Origin: Candidatus Sabulitectum sp.
Lineage (GTDB): Bacteria > Fermentibacterota > Fermentibacteria > Fermentibacterales > JCC-6
DNA: 64,000 nt
Assembly (NCBI GenBank): GCA_029938555.1
Contig: JAOZUR010000007.1
Coordinates: forward strand, 1,581-65,580
Reading direction: 5' to 3'
The notes beneath the pieces are model-generated. The model was not told where the DNA came from. It saw only the letters and a program-made list of their open reading frames with translations, and did no database searches. Below are positions 1-9,452 of the stretch, one piece after another. Each line of letters opens with the position of its first letter. Positions within the stretch are counted from its first letter, which is position 1. The position numbers were made by a program, and so were the translations under genes.

Positions 1-1
1 G

Positions 2-835
2 CATCATGTATTGCGGAACAAGGCAGATAAATCAGGCCACTGGGAAACCTATAAAAATCATGTAAATCATGACTATAAAGAAAAGTCAGAGTCATTTCTT
101 GCGATAATGAATAAAAAAGCAAAAAGTTTAGCAGAATATGATAATCGATTACGGGTTAATCAACTTGTTGGAAATCTTGTTTCATCTTGTGATCAGATTG
201 CTGTATTAAGCGATACTGCTAAGCTGGATTTAGCTAAACTTTCAAATGGTAAATCAATTGTGAGAATGGGTTTTCTTCCTGATTTTCTAGGAAAAGTTAA
301 AAGAACACCATCTACAGACAAAATTTTTACCGTTGGTATTGTTGGTACATATCACTTTGGTAGAAGCTGGCCTGATATGCTCAAGGCTGTTCAAATGTTT
401 AGAAGAATTGTTGATTGTCGTCTGCTTATCATAGGTTCAGGCTGGCCTGAAACGGATTATTCATGGATTAAAGCAACAGGTCGTTTGCCTGATATTGAGT
501 TTCGCCAGGAACTTGAAAATATTGATATTGCAATTGATCTGCGGCGTCATACTTGTGGCGAGACCAGTGCTTCTATGATGGATCTGTTAAGAAGAGGCAT
601 TCCTGCCATTGTTACCTCAGAAGGAACATTTCGAGATATTTCAGCAGATGCTGTTTTACGAATACCTTCAGAGTCTGGGGCTGGTGGAGCGTATGCTGCG
701 CTGAAGTATCTTTATCAAAATCATCAAGTGCGATCTTCTATTTCAACTGTCGCAGCCCAGTACTTTAATGATGTTAGTGACAAAAAGAAATGCTTGGCAG
801 AGTGGCTGGATCTCATTGAAAGAAGTGGGTCATGA
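2..835 (+). CDS. glycosyltransferase (GT-B, GT1/GT4-like), C-terminal part; 5' end probably outside the window
   Basis: The frame is open from nt 2, with no in-frame stop before the TTG at 11. The C-terminal ...IGSGWP...CGETSASMMDLLRRGIPAIVT... resembles the sugar-nucleotide-binding half of GT-B enzymes. The stop overlaps the next start (ATGA at 832). Confidence 0.5.
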   Translation, partial: HHVLRNKADKSGHWETYKNHVNHDYKEKSESFLAIMNKKAKSLAEYDNRLRVNQLVGNLVSSCDQIAVLSDTAKLDLAKLSNGKSIVRMGFLPDFLGKVKRTPSTDKIFTVGIVGTYHFGRSWPDMLKAVQMFRRIVDCRLLIIGSGWPETDYSWIKATGRLPDIEFRQELENIDIAIDLRRHTCGETSASMMDLLRRGIPAIVTSEGTFRDISADAVLRIPSESGAGGAYAALKYLYQNHQVRSSISTVAAQYFNDVSDKKKCLAEWLDLIERSGS

Positions 836-2370
836 GAACAAGGTACTTGTTTTTTTTGCTTCTTACTGTCTTTTTTATTCCATGGGTTGTTTTACTGATT
901 CAAGGTGAAGGATTTATTGGAAAACCAGCTGCAGAAGCTGATGTTCTTTTTGCAGGTGACAGTGATGTTTATGATGGAGTTTGGCACTTCTGGTGGGTTG
1001 GAACGGCTTTGCAAAATAAAACAGACCCTCGGATATATTTGGGAAACTCTTTAGCCTGGCATAACATGGGTTGGCCTGACTTGTTTTTTTCTTATTTAAC
1101 AGGAAGCGGATACAATCTTGTGCTTTTTTTCAGTACTTTGTTTTCAGCTTTTGCAGGGTATATGCTTGCGCGATCATGGGGAATAGGAAAATCCGGTTCA
1201 CTTATAACAGCGTTCATTATTGCCTGGATGCCAGTAAGACTGATTCGAGTATATCAGCATTATATGCTTGCAGGTATTGGATTTGTAGTTTTGGCCCTTT
1301 ATGGATTCAGAAAAGGTTTCTTATCAGGCAAAGGTAAGTATGATTTTATTGTTTTAATTTCCACATTTTTTGCTTTAATGCAAAGTCTTTCTTTTTCACT
1401 AATCCTTGCTGTAGGTTACGTAATTACAGCAATTCTTACTAAAAAAGCCAGGCTAAAGCGAAAATTGTTTCTGGGTTTTGTTTCTCTTGCAGGTGGAGTA
1501 ATAGCACTTATTTGGTTTTTTACAGCACCATTAGCTTTTGATACATCTCCAGAAATGAGCTGGACAGAATCAGTTCACTGGGCTGCTGAGCCCCTTTGGT
1601 TTTTATTCCCATCTTTTCTGGGTAAGCCACTTGTTATTGAAGCAATGCCAAATCCTTTTGAAGGTGTGGTTTCTCCGGGTTTTACGGTTGCAGTTTTAGC
1701 TTTGATTTTTGTATTCAAAAAAAAATCATGGGTATCTCTTGCTTGTGTAGTTGCAGTTATTATTCTTTCAATGGGCCCGTTATTAAAGGTGAATGGAGAA
1801 CCTACAGGCATACCTCTTCCTTTTTTGGTTATTGCAAAGATGCCTTTTCTGTCAGCAGCGCGAACTCCATCAAGATTTGCTTTGATAACTGGTTTGATGG
1901 CAGCTTTAGCAGCTGGAAAATTCATAGAAAATAGAAAATCAGCTCTTGGGTGGTTACTTACTCTTTTTGTAATAATAGAATTAATTCCAATAAAACTGAA
2001 CACCATAAGTAGCACTGTACATTCATGTTATTTGTCATCTGAATCAAACTTACCATTAACTTTAGAAATACCTGCTTCAAGATTTATTCGAAGATATTCT
2101 CTTTTTCAAACTCAGGACGGTGCTCCAAGAAAAATCATGTTTCTTGCACGAGGGGGCCAATGGCAGGAGGATTGTATTCCAGAACCTCTTCTTTGGGCAA
2201 GTAATGTGAAACCAATGGAAACTGATCTTTTGAATTCTGGTGCAGCAAGAGTAATATATAACAGATGGATGTTTGAAGATCCCATAAGAACTCATTATGA
2301 CACTCTTTATAACGATCTATTTGCTGAACAAAACAGAAGTGATAGTGTATGGATATGGACACAGCCATGA
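832..2370 (+). CDS. polytopic integral membrane protein, possible GT-C-type glycosyltransferase (family not recognised)
   Basis: 512-aa ORF, ATGA-coupled to the upstream gene, with many hydrophobic segments. The first predicted external loop is acidic and aromatic (GDSDVYDGVWHFWWVG...DPR), as in GT-C enzymes. Confidence 0.45.
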   Translation: MRTRYLFFLLLTVFFIPWVVLLIQGEGFIGKPAAEADVLFAGDSDVYDGVWHFWWVGTALQNKTDPRIYLGNSLAWHNMGWPDLFFSYLTGSGYNLVLFFSTLFSAFAGYMLARSWGIGKSGSLITAFIIAWMPVRLIRVYQHYMLAGIGFVVLALYGFRKGFLSGKGKYDFIVLISTFFALMQSLSFSLILAVGYVITAILTKKARLKRKLFLGFVSLAGGVIALIWFFTAPLAFDTSPEMSWTESVHWAAEPLWFLFPSFLGKPLVIEAMPNPFEGVVSPGFTVAVLALIFVFKKKSWVSLACVVAVIILSMGPLLKVNGEPTGIPLPFLVIAKMPFLSAARTPSRFALITGLMAALAAGKFIENRKSALGWLLTLFVIIELIPIKLNTISSTVHSCYLSSESNLPLTLEIPASRFIRRYSLFQTQDGAPRKIMFLARGGQWQEDCIPEPLLWASNVKPMETDLLNSGAARVIYNRWMFEDPIRTHYDTLYNDLFAEQNRSDSVWIWTQP

Positions 2371-3455
2371 GAACAATTCTTGATACAACTGTATGTACTC
2401 ACAGCAAAGGTGGCGTTGGCAGATGGGTTAAAGGTCTTTCATACGGTCTTAATCAGATAAACAGCGAGCATATTTCTATTGATCTTGCGGAGACCCATCC
2501 AGGGCACATCTCTTCTGTACCGGAAGTTGCAATTGTAAACTCACCATTCTGGATGAAATTACCTCTTTTAAGAAGATTTCTTTTGAAAAGAGGTTTACTT
2601 GAATCAACCAGGGCAGACCGAATGGTGAAAGCGGTTGGATATCCTGATATTATTCATCTGTCAGGTGTACAGCCGGAAGGTTATGGCAAGCGCACTGTTG
2701 TAACTTTTTTTGATGATACTCCATGGGTTTCACCTGAAAGTCATACAAGTGATACATTGTTTTATGCTTCCAAACTTAAAAAGCTTATAGATTCAGGGGT
2801 TTCAGTTTTAACCATAAGCAACTGGTCTGCTTCCATTGCTCAGCAATTATTTTCCATTTCAAGTGAAAAAATCGGTAGTGCTGGTGGTGCAGCAGATGAT
2901 ATATTTTGTCCTGGAGAGCCTGACATTGATGTTTTAAGGAAGTTCTGTCTTGAACCAAATGATTATTTTCTTCATGTGGGCAGTTATGTTCCAAGGAAGA
3001 ATATTCCGTTTCTTGTAAGATGTTTCAAGGAGGCAGGTACAGGAAAAAAATTGGTACTTGCAGGAGCAGAAAAATGGGGCGAAAAAATGGTAGAGAGCAC
3101 AGAAGATGTAGTGTTGTTAAAAGGTATTTCAGACAATGATCTGTTATCTCTTTACCGTGGCGCAATAGCGTTGTTACTGCCCAGTAGCAGCGAAGGGCTT
3201 GGTTTGCCTGTTTTAGAAGCTTTTGCCTGTAATACGCCTGTAATTGCTTCAAATGGAGGGGCTTTACCGGAAACTGTTGCAGATAATGGATTGCTTCTTC
3301 CAATTCTGGAAAGTGAACCCTGGGTCAGGTCAATAAAAGATATGGCTTCAGGTTTAATATCTTGTGACCTCAGGCAAAAAGCTGAACATGCTGTACGCCC
3401 TACCTGGAAAGATGTAGCAGAGAAAGCAATGGAGTTTTACAGGAGTATATTGTGA
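2367..3455 (+). CDS. glycosyltransferase family 4 (GT-B)
   Basis: LLLPSSSEGLGLPVLEAFACNTPVIASNGGALPETV is a typical GT4 E-x7-E region. I prefer the ATG at 2367 (ATGA overlap with the upstream stop) over the ORF-track ATG at 2349. Confidence 0.8.
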   Translation: MRTILDTTVCTHSKGGVGRWVKGLSYGLNQINSEHISIDLAETHPGHISSVPEVAIVNSPFWMKLPLLRRFLLKRGLLESTRADRMVKAVGYPDIIHLSGVQPEGYGKRTVVTFFDDTPWVSPESHTSDTLFYASKLKKLIDSGVSVLTISNWSASIAQQLFSISSEKIGSAGGAADDIFCPGEPDIDVLRKFCLEPNDYFLHVGSYVPRKNIPFLVRCFKEAGTGKKLVLAGAEKWGEKMVESTEDVVLLKGISDNDLLSLYRGAIALLLPSSSEGLGLPVLEAFACNTPVIASNGGALPETVADNGLLLPILESEPWVRSIKDMASGLISCDLRQKAEHAVRPTWKDVAEKAMEFYRSIL

Positions 3456-4684
3456 AAATTCTTCACTTGATCCATAGAACATGGCCATATCATGGTGGGG
3501 CAGAAAGATATGTGTGGGAATTTGCCACAGCAGCCCAAAGATGGGGTCATTCTTCAACAATTGTGTCTACCGATGCCTGGGATATGTCATGGCTGGTATC
3601 TAAACGGGGAAAACATGTGCAGCCAGGAGTATTCAAAAAAGACGGTATAGATATTCTGAAGTTTCCTGTGGCGCATCCTCCTGCACAAAACATATTAAGA
3701 GCTGTATTTCGCAGATTTAGAAATGGTGGACCAGATAGGTTTTATTACCCTAACCCATTTATTCCCCAATTTGATAAATGGATTCGATCAGTACAGGGTT
3801 TTGATCTTGTTCATGCAAATGCTATGCCTTTTCTTCTTCATGCAGGGTACCGATATGCTAAGCAGAATAATGTACCACTTATTTCTGTTCCTCATGCTAA
3901 TTTGGGTAGCATTCAACACAGAATTGAACCACTCCATTATTTTGCAGGGGATCAACCACGAGTTCTCAGGGAGTCAAAATTAGTAGTGGCTCATAACAAC
4001 TTTGAAAAATCAGTTTACATAAATGAATGTGGTGTATGTCCTGAAAATATCATTATTGTTGGCAGTGGAATCAGTCCACAGGAATGGTCCGACGCAAATG
4101 GAGATATTGCCAAGAAAGTATTTTCTATACCACCTGATAAGAAGATAGTTCTTAGTGTCACCGCCCACTGTAAAGATAAAGGTTCAAATACTTTATTGAA
4201 TTCGGCAATAAAGTTATGGAAAAATGAAAATGATTTTGTCCTGATTCTTGCTGGTCCGGTTTTACCAGATTTCAGAGAGTACCTTGATTTAAGAGCTAAA
4301 GAAATTCCACAGGGAAAACTAATTGTTACAGGGTATATCAGGGAAGAGATAAGAAAACATCTTTTTGCTGCTGCTACTATTGTTGCAGCTCCATCCAGGC
4401 TTGATGCATTCGGTATTGTGCTTTTGGATGGTTGGATTGCAGGTAAACCTGTTATTGGATGTAATGCCGGTGGAATGCCTGATCTGATAAAAGCTGATGT
4501 GAATGGTTTTCTTGTGGAATTTGGAGATGTACAAGATCTATCAAAAAAAATCAATATTTTATTGAACAACAGCGAACTGGCGAAATCAATGGGTTTAAAT
4601 GGAAGAAAACAAACCCTCAATAAATACACATGGAAGAAAGTTACAGATAGGTTTTACAGAAAGATAGAGGGTTATCAGTTATGA
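3452..4684 (+). CDS. glycosyltransferase family 4 (GT-B)
   Basis: N-terminal MKILHLIHRTWPYHGGAERYV, and C-terminal APSRLDAFGIVLLDGWIAGKPVIGCNAGGMPDLI...GFLVEFGD. The GTGA start overlaps the upstream stop. Confidence 0.8.
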   Translation: MKILHLIHRTWPYHGGAERYVWEFATAAQRWGHSSTIVSTDAWDMSWLVSKRGKHVQPGVFKKDGIDILKFPVAHPPAQNILRAVFRRFRNGGPDRFYYPNPFIPQFDKWIRSVQGFDLVHANAMPFLLHAGYRYAKQNNVPLISVPHANLGSIQHRIEPLHYFAGDQPRVLRESKLVVAHNNFEKSVYINECGVCPENIIIVGSGISPQEWSDANGDIAKKVFSIPPDKKIVLSVTAHCKDKGSNTLLNSAIKLWKNENDFVLILAGPVLPDFREYLDLRAKEIPQGKLIVTGYIREEIRKHLFAAATIVAAPSRLDAFGIVLLDGWIAGKPVIGCNAGGMPDLIKADVNGFLVEFGDVQDLSKKINILLNNSELAKSMGLNGRKQTLNKYTWKKVTDRFYRKIEGYQL

Positions 4685-5868
4685 ATAATGTCACTGCAGC
4701 TGTGGTATTGTACAACGGAGAACGGCTTATACCAACACTTGCAAAAACTCTTTCTTCTTTACCGGCAGATTTGAAAACAGTAATATATGACAGTGGATCC
4801 ACTGACAATTCAGTTGCTGAAGTCTCTAGGTTATTAAAAAATAAAACAATTATTCAGGGGAAAAATTTAGGATTTGGTTATGGAAATAATCGCTGTCTGG
4901 AAAAAATAGATACAAAATACACACTTTTTCTTAATAGCGACGCCTCTATTGATGCTGAATCTCTTGAACTTTTGATTTCGTACTTAGAGAATAATCACGA
5001 ATTTGCAGCTGTACAGCCACTCATAAGACTGTGGGATTGGGATAAAGTAACTGCTTCTTGTGGTGTTTTTCTAACAGAATATGGTGAGGCATGGGATGGC
5101 AGATTTATGCATCTGGAAATCTCTCCATTAAAAGAGCCTCTTCAAGTGCCGGCAATAACAGCTGCTGTAGCTTTGTGGAGAACCGATGTACTTAGGGTTT
5201 TGAATGGTTTTGATGAGGGTTTTTTTATGTATTTTGAAGATGCAGATCTTTCCCTTCGAGCAGGTGCAGCCGGCTGGAAGCTTGCAGTTGTAAGGAATTC
5301 TGAGGCTTTTCATATGATAGGCTCATCCAGCAAACGGAATAGCGCAATCCAATGGGAACTTGAATCTTCTATCCGTTTGTTTCGAAGATATTTAGGCGGT
5401 AATGGTTATTCTCTAAATTGGTGGAGAAGAGAATTGCGAATATTTCTATATTCAATATCAAAAGGAAAATCACCATTTAAAAGAGTTTTTCTAGTGTTAA
5501 GAAATTTAAGAAAAAATGTTGAAATAGTGCCAATACCTGATGAAGTTAAAGTTATGCTTTTTGGAGATCCTATGGATTTCCCCCAATCTAGAATTAACAA
5601 AGATTCACCTGGGCCTGGTTGGAAAGGGAACAAAATTAGCCCTTGGGGTGGTTTAAAAACTGACGGAAAAACAATTGTATTTCACTTGAAAGCTGTAGAT
5701 AATTTTGTTTCAGGTTCTTTCTTAAGTGGAACAGGAGAAATTTTACAGAGGTTTTGTATTGCACCGGGCAAGTTGCTTAAAGTGAAATTTGCAGAAAGCC
5801 CACAAGTTGTTTACATTCACTGTGATTCTTCTTCAGATATGCTGGAGGTAAAACTATATGAAGAGTAA
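4681..5868 (+). CDS. glycosyltransferase family 2 (rhamnosyltransferase-like) with extra C-terminal domain
   Basis: AAVVLYNGERL...DSGSTDNS...LNSDA...FFMYFEDADLSLR is a GT-A fold signature including the DxD-type motif. ATGA-coupled start. Confidence 0.75.
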   Translation: MNNVTAAVVLYNGERLIPTLAKTLSSLPADLKTVIYDSGSTDNSVAEVSRLLKNKTIIQGKNLGFGYGNNRCLEKIDTKYTLFLNSDASIDAESLELLISYLENNHEFAAVQPLIRLWDWDKVTASCGVFLTEYGEAWDGRFMHLEISPLKEPLQVPAITAAVALWRTDVLRVLNGFDEGFFMYFEDADLSLRAGAAGWKLAVVRNSEAFHMIGSSSKRNSAIQWELESSIRLFRRYLGGNGYSLNWWRRELRIFLYSISKGKSPFKRVFLVLRNLRKNVEIVPIPDEVKVMLFGDPMDFPQSRINKDSPGPGWKGNKISPWGGLKTDGKTIVFHLKAVDNFVSGSFLSGTGEILQRFCIAPGKLLKVKFAESPQVVYIHCDSSSDMLEVKLYEE

Positions 5869-6637
5869 TAATGTCAGCAGGGCATCAGTGATTCTTACTG
5901 GATATAATGCTTGGGTTTTGATGATTCTTTTTCAGGGATTTTCTGTCAAGTCGATACCTTTGATTTTTGTTTTTACTCTTTTGGGATTTGTTATAGATAC
6001 ACAAATATTTTCAGTTGTTTTTTGTTGCTCTCTTGTAGGGTTAATTGCACCTGCTTTTTTACCATGGGTTATTCTTATTGCTGGATTACTTTCTTCCGTT
6101 GCAGGTGACACAAAAAAAATCAGAATTATGGGATTTTTAACAGTAACTTCTATTCTCTGGTTTTTTCCGATCTCAGCTTCTATCCCTCTTGTTCTTGTTG
6201 CATCATTAGCCGCATTATTCAATAATAAGTATCTGCGATATTCTCTTGTACCTGCTGGTTTTATTATTTCTGTTTTGTTAATTGGTTTGCCTGGGCCGGT
6301 GGATGTACAACCTGTTATTGCAGGCTCAACCATAACTGACGGAATTCTTTCTTATTCTATTCCACAGGTGAACACATCAAGAAGGGAAGTTCTTTTAGCA
6401 GCGCCCCATGAAGGATTATGGGCAGTATGGATTGCCATAGAAGCTGGTGGGGTTCGTGATTCCATTCCAATGGCAGCAATTCGTCTTGGGGATGATATGT
6501 TGATTCTTCCTGCAGGAGTCGATACTTTAAGTTTTACAATGATTCCAGGTGATACGCTTGCCGTGACTCTTATGCGAGATTTTCGACGGTTTAATCACTC
6601 GGTTATTCATGCAACTGCTGGAGGTGAAAGATTGTGA
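5858..6637 (+). CDS. membrane protein of unknown function (N-terminal multi-TM region, C-terminal soluble ~100 aa)
   Basis: 259-aa ORF that overlaps the upstream gene by 11 nt. It has about 5 hydrophobic helices followed by a beta-rich tail. No family recognised. Confidence 0.45.
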   Translation: MKSNNVSRASVILTGYNAWVLMILFQGFSVKSIPLIFVFTLLGFVIDTQIFSVVFCCSLVGLIAPAFLPWVILIAGLLSSVAGDTKKIRIMGFLTVTSILWFFPISASIPLVLVASLAALFNNKYLRYSLVPAGFIISVLLIGLPGPVDVQPVIAGSTITDGILSYSIPQVNTSRREVLLAAPHEGLWAVWIAIEAGGVRDSIPMAAIRLGDDMLILPAGVDTLSFTMIPGDTLAVTLMRDFRRFNHSVIHATAGGERL

Positions 6638-8628
6638 AAAAACTACTTCATAATCACCTGCAATTTTTGCTTATGGCTGGATTCGCTGGTTGGATATTTA
6701 TTTCTTGGCGTCTTGCTGGTATGCCGGACCCAGGTTTTTCTGGTCGGTTTATTCCAGTAGCTTGGTTTTTTGCAGCTCTGTTGAATGGTTCCAAAAAATT
6801 ATCAAAATCGTTTATTCCCATGGTTATTAGTTATTCTGCCGGAGTTTGGTTGTGGATGCTTAATCCATCAGTTTGGGTTATTGTTGCTGCTATTCCAGTT
6901 GCAGGTCTTATTGTTTGGTCTTTTTCAATAGCAGATAAAAGCGGTTTCGGTATTTTTAGGGCCATACTTCCTGTATTGTTTTTATCTTTGATTACTGCTG
7001 AAGTTAATGGAGATGAAGTCAGATTTGCAGAACAAGCAGCTGTGATTTCCAGAGTATCCAACAGCCGATTTTCGGTAACTCATTTTCGTCCCGGAGATAT
7101 AAGCAGTACACAAGGGCATCATACTCCGGTTTTCCCTTTTCTTATCTCGCCCGGTCTGCACATAGGTGATACAGGTTTAAGAATAATTCCTGTAATTGTT
7201 TCTTTGCTTGCTATTTTTGCCTTGGCAAAACTTACAAATCCTAAAATAGCAGTGGCAGCTGCATTATTGTATCCTGGTTTTGCTATTTTGGGTTTGGCTA
7301 TGACCGGCTGGATGGCTGCCGGCTTGTTTACTCTGGCTGTATTATTGCCGGAAGGTAAGAAATGGTTAACAGTTCGTTTTTTGATAGCTCTTTTGCTTGT
7401 GGCTCTTAAAATTCGATATATAGGTTTGGCAGCTGGTATTTTACTGGCTGAATATGCTTGTATTCCTAAAAGTAAAAATAAATGGATTGTTCCAATTATA
7501 GGAATCTTCTCAACTGCTTTAGTTTTGGTTGTTGATAGATATCTGCTAAATGGAATGCTTTTCTGGAGCAGGTACGGCAATATTGAAGCAGTTAATTTGA
7601 TATGGACTAACACCTTTCATAGACCTATTGAAACATTAACTCATGCTGGATGGAGTTTGTTTGATCCCGAGGCAGGACTTTTCTTCAGAGCGCCATGGGT
7701 GCTTGCTTCTATTCCCGGTTTATTCTTGTATCATAAAAAATCTCCAATTCGATTCAAAAAACTATTTATTCCTGCTTTTCTTTATTGGGCTTTTTTAATA
7801 GTCTGGTCCGGTTCTTCCTGGCACGGGCTTCCAGCGCCTGTTGGAAGAATGTTTGTGCCAATGCTTCCTCTTTTTGCAAGTGGTCTTCTTATGGTCTGGA
7901 ATAAGAAAGAAACACGAATTCTTATTGTTCTATCAATAGCTGTTTCCGCCTTGGTAGTAGTATGGCCTGTCTGCAGGTATAACTTTGCAGATGGAACAGA
8001 TACTCTGCTTTCTATCTTTGGAATAACAACAGGATTTTCAATGGTTAGGAGTTATTCTTATCAACTTCTAATTGCAGGTTTTCTTGCTTTATCAACAATG
8101 CTTGTTATTGGAAAATCACAAAAGTACAGTGGAATGATGTTTGTCTTAATTTTATCAATTGTTTTCTTTTTATCACTATCGCCTAGTGGGTATGAAGCAG
8201 AAGATTTAACTCCAGATATGGTTCAAGGTGCTAGATTGTATCCATATAGTTCAGACCCTGTTGAAAGATTTTTCTGGTTTAACAGCCGCGAAAGAATGCT
8301 TGAACTGGCAGAGGCAGGTCAGTCTGTTCTTATGCCGAATGTGGAAGCAGGAGATACTCTTGTTCTTCAAATGTCAAGTAAAGAGGCAGAGTTATTGGTG
8401 GGGAATCAACTAATTCAAGTTGCTTCAGAGTTGATAGAGTTGCCTTCGGTTTATAGAGATATTGGAAGATCTGTACGGGTTTTACCAGACAGACCTGAAA
8501 ATCGTCTGATGATGGAGTATTCGATTTTGGTGGATAGTACAGATGTTAGTAATCAATCCATTCGTATCACACATAACAGTGGCTCGCCTGTTTATATTGA
8601 TAGAATAAGATGTTTGGATTCCTTATGA
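6634..8628 (+). CDS. large polytopic membrane protein, possible GT-C (ArnT/PMT_2-like) glycosyltransferase
   Basis: 664 aa with more than 12 hydrophobic segments and a ~150-aa C-terminal soluble domain. The early loop NGDEVRFAEQAAVIS...HHTPVFPFLISPGL resembles the DE-x-R/Y-A...PPL loop of ArnT/PMT_2 proteins. GTGA-coupled start. Confidence 0.45.
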   Translation: MKKLLHNHLQFLLMAGFAGWIFISWRLAGMPDPGFSGRFIPVAWFFAALLNGSKKLSKSFIPMVISYSAGVWLWMLNPSVWVIVAAIPVAGLIVWSFSIADKSGFGIFRAILPVLFLSLITAEVNGDEVRFAEQAAVISRVSNSRFSVTHFRPGDISSTQGHHTPVFPFLISPGLHIGDTGLRIIPVIVSLLAIFALAKLTNPKIAVAAALLYPGFAILGLAMTGWMAAGLFTLAVLLPEGKKWLTVRFLIALLLVALKIRYIGLAAGILLAEYACIPKSKNKWIVPIIGIFSTALVLVVDRYLLNGMLFWSRYGNIEAVNLIWTNTFHRPIETLTHAGWSLFDPEAGLFFRAPWVLASIPGLFLYHKKSPIRFKKLFIPAFLYWAFLIVWSGSSWHGLPAPVGRMFVPMLPLFASGLLMVWNKKETRILIVLSIAVSALVVVWPVCRYNFADGTDTLLSIFGITTGFSMVRSYSYQLLIAGFLALSTMLVIGKSQKYSGMMFVLILSIVFFLSLSPSGYEAEDLTPDMVQGARLYPYSSDPVERFFWFNSRERMLELAEAGQSVLMPNVEAGDTLVLQMSSKEAELLVGNQLIQVASELIELPSVYRDIGRSVRVLPDRPENRLMMEYSILVDSTDVSNQSIRITHNSGSPVYIDRIRCLDSL

Positions 8629-9452
8629 AAAAACTTTCAGTGATTATTCCATCCAGAAATGGTTTAGCTATTCTGAAAGAATTTCTTCCAGTTATTCTTC
8701 AGGAAACAGTTGCAGCTCAAGGTGAAGTTATTGTTGTTGATGATTGCTCAGATGATAATACATCCAGTGAAGTTTTACAGCTCTTTCCTGAAGTTGTTTT
8801 AATTACCCGCAAAAGTAATCCTGGTTTTTGTCATGCGGTTAATCTTGGTATGTCCAGAGCCCATAGTAATTATGTAATGCTGCTAAATAATGATACTATC
8901 CCAAGTAAGGATTCTTTTAGCAAATTGGTGGCTCGGTTGGATCAATCTGAAGCAAAAACAGCAGTTGTTGTTCCATCTATTATTAGACCTGATGGTTCCG
9001 ATGATAGTAGTTATAAATGGACCTATAAACATGGTCTGGCAATAACAGGTGAAAACATTCCAGGACAAAAGTACCCGTCCGGTGCTTGTGCATTATGGAA
9101 AAAGAATATATGGGAAAAACTTGGAGGTTTAAGCAGTGCTTACGCCCCGATTTACTGGGAAGATACCGATCTTGGTGTTCGTATGTTTGAATCTGGTTAC
9201 AATATGAAAATTTGCCCTGATATTTTGGTAGAGCACAAACACGCAACTACCATGGGAAGCTCTTTGAAAGCAGAAACTTTGCGAGAGCGAAACAGGTTTG
9301 TTTTTATGGATATAAATTGCAATTCATTATCAAAAAAAACAGCTCGGATTTTATGGATGCCTGTCCACCTGCTTCTAGCTTTGTTGAAAGGCAATAAAGC
9401 ATTCATAAATGGGTATAAAGAATACTTAGCGCTTAGAAAAAATATCAAATGA
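8625..9452 (+). CDS. glycosyltransferase family 2
   Basis: MKKLSVIIPSRNG...VVDDCSDDNT...LNNDT...YWEDTDLGVRM is a GT-A signature. The ATG at 8625 gives an ATGA overlap; the ORF-track start is 8610. Confidence 0.8.
   Translation: MKKLSVIIPSRNGLAILKEFLPVILQETVAAQGEVIVVDDCSDDNTSSEVLQLFPEVVLITRKSNPGFCHAVNLGMSRAHSNYVMLLNNDTIPSKDSFSKLVARLDQSEAKTAVVVPSIIRPDGSDDSSYKWTYKHGLAITGENIPGQKYPSGACALWKKNIWEKLGGLSSAYAPIYWEDTDLGVRMFESGYNMKICPDILVEHKHATTMGSSLKAETLRERNRFVFMDINCNSLSKKTARILWMPVHLLLALLKGNKAFINGYKEYLALRKNIK

Noticed and set aside
4015-4629. 204-aa minus-strand ORF. Similar antisense or out-of-frame ORFs occur at 1575-2015, 5932-6333, 7119-7613, 32477-32827, 35853-36209, 51792-52322, 52392-52796, 53052-53495, 58287-58652, 58731-59174 and 63726-63962.
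   Set aside because: Each is nested inside a longer ORF with clear homology signals (GT4, membrane proteins, xer, polA, comEC, ltaE). None has a recognisable motif, a ribosome-binding site or any intergenic space of its own.
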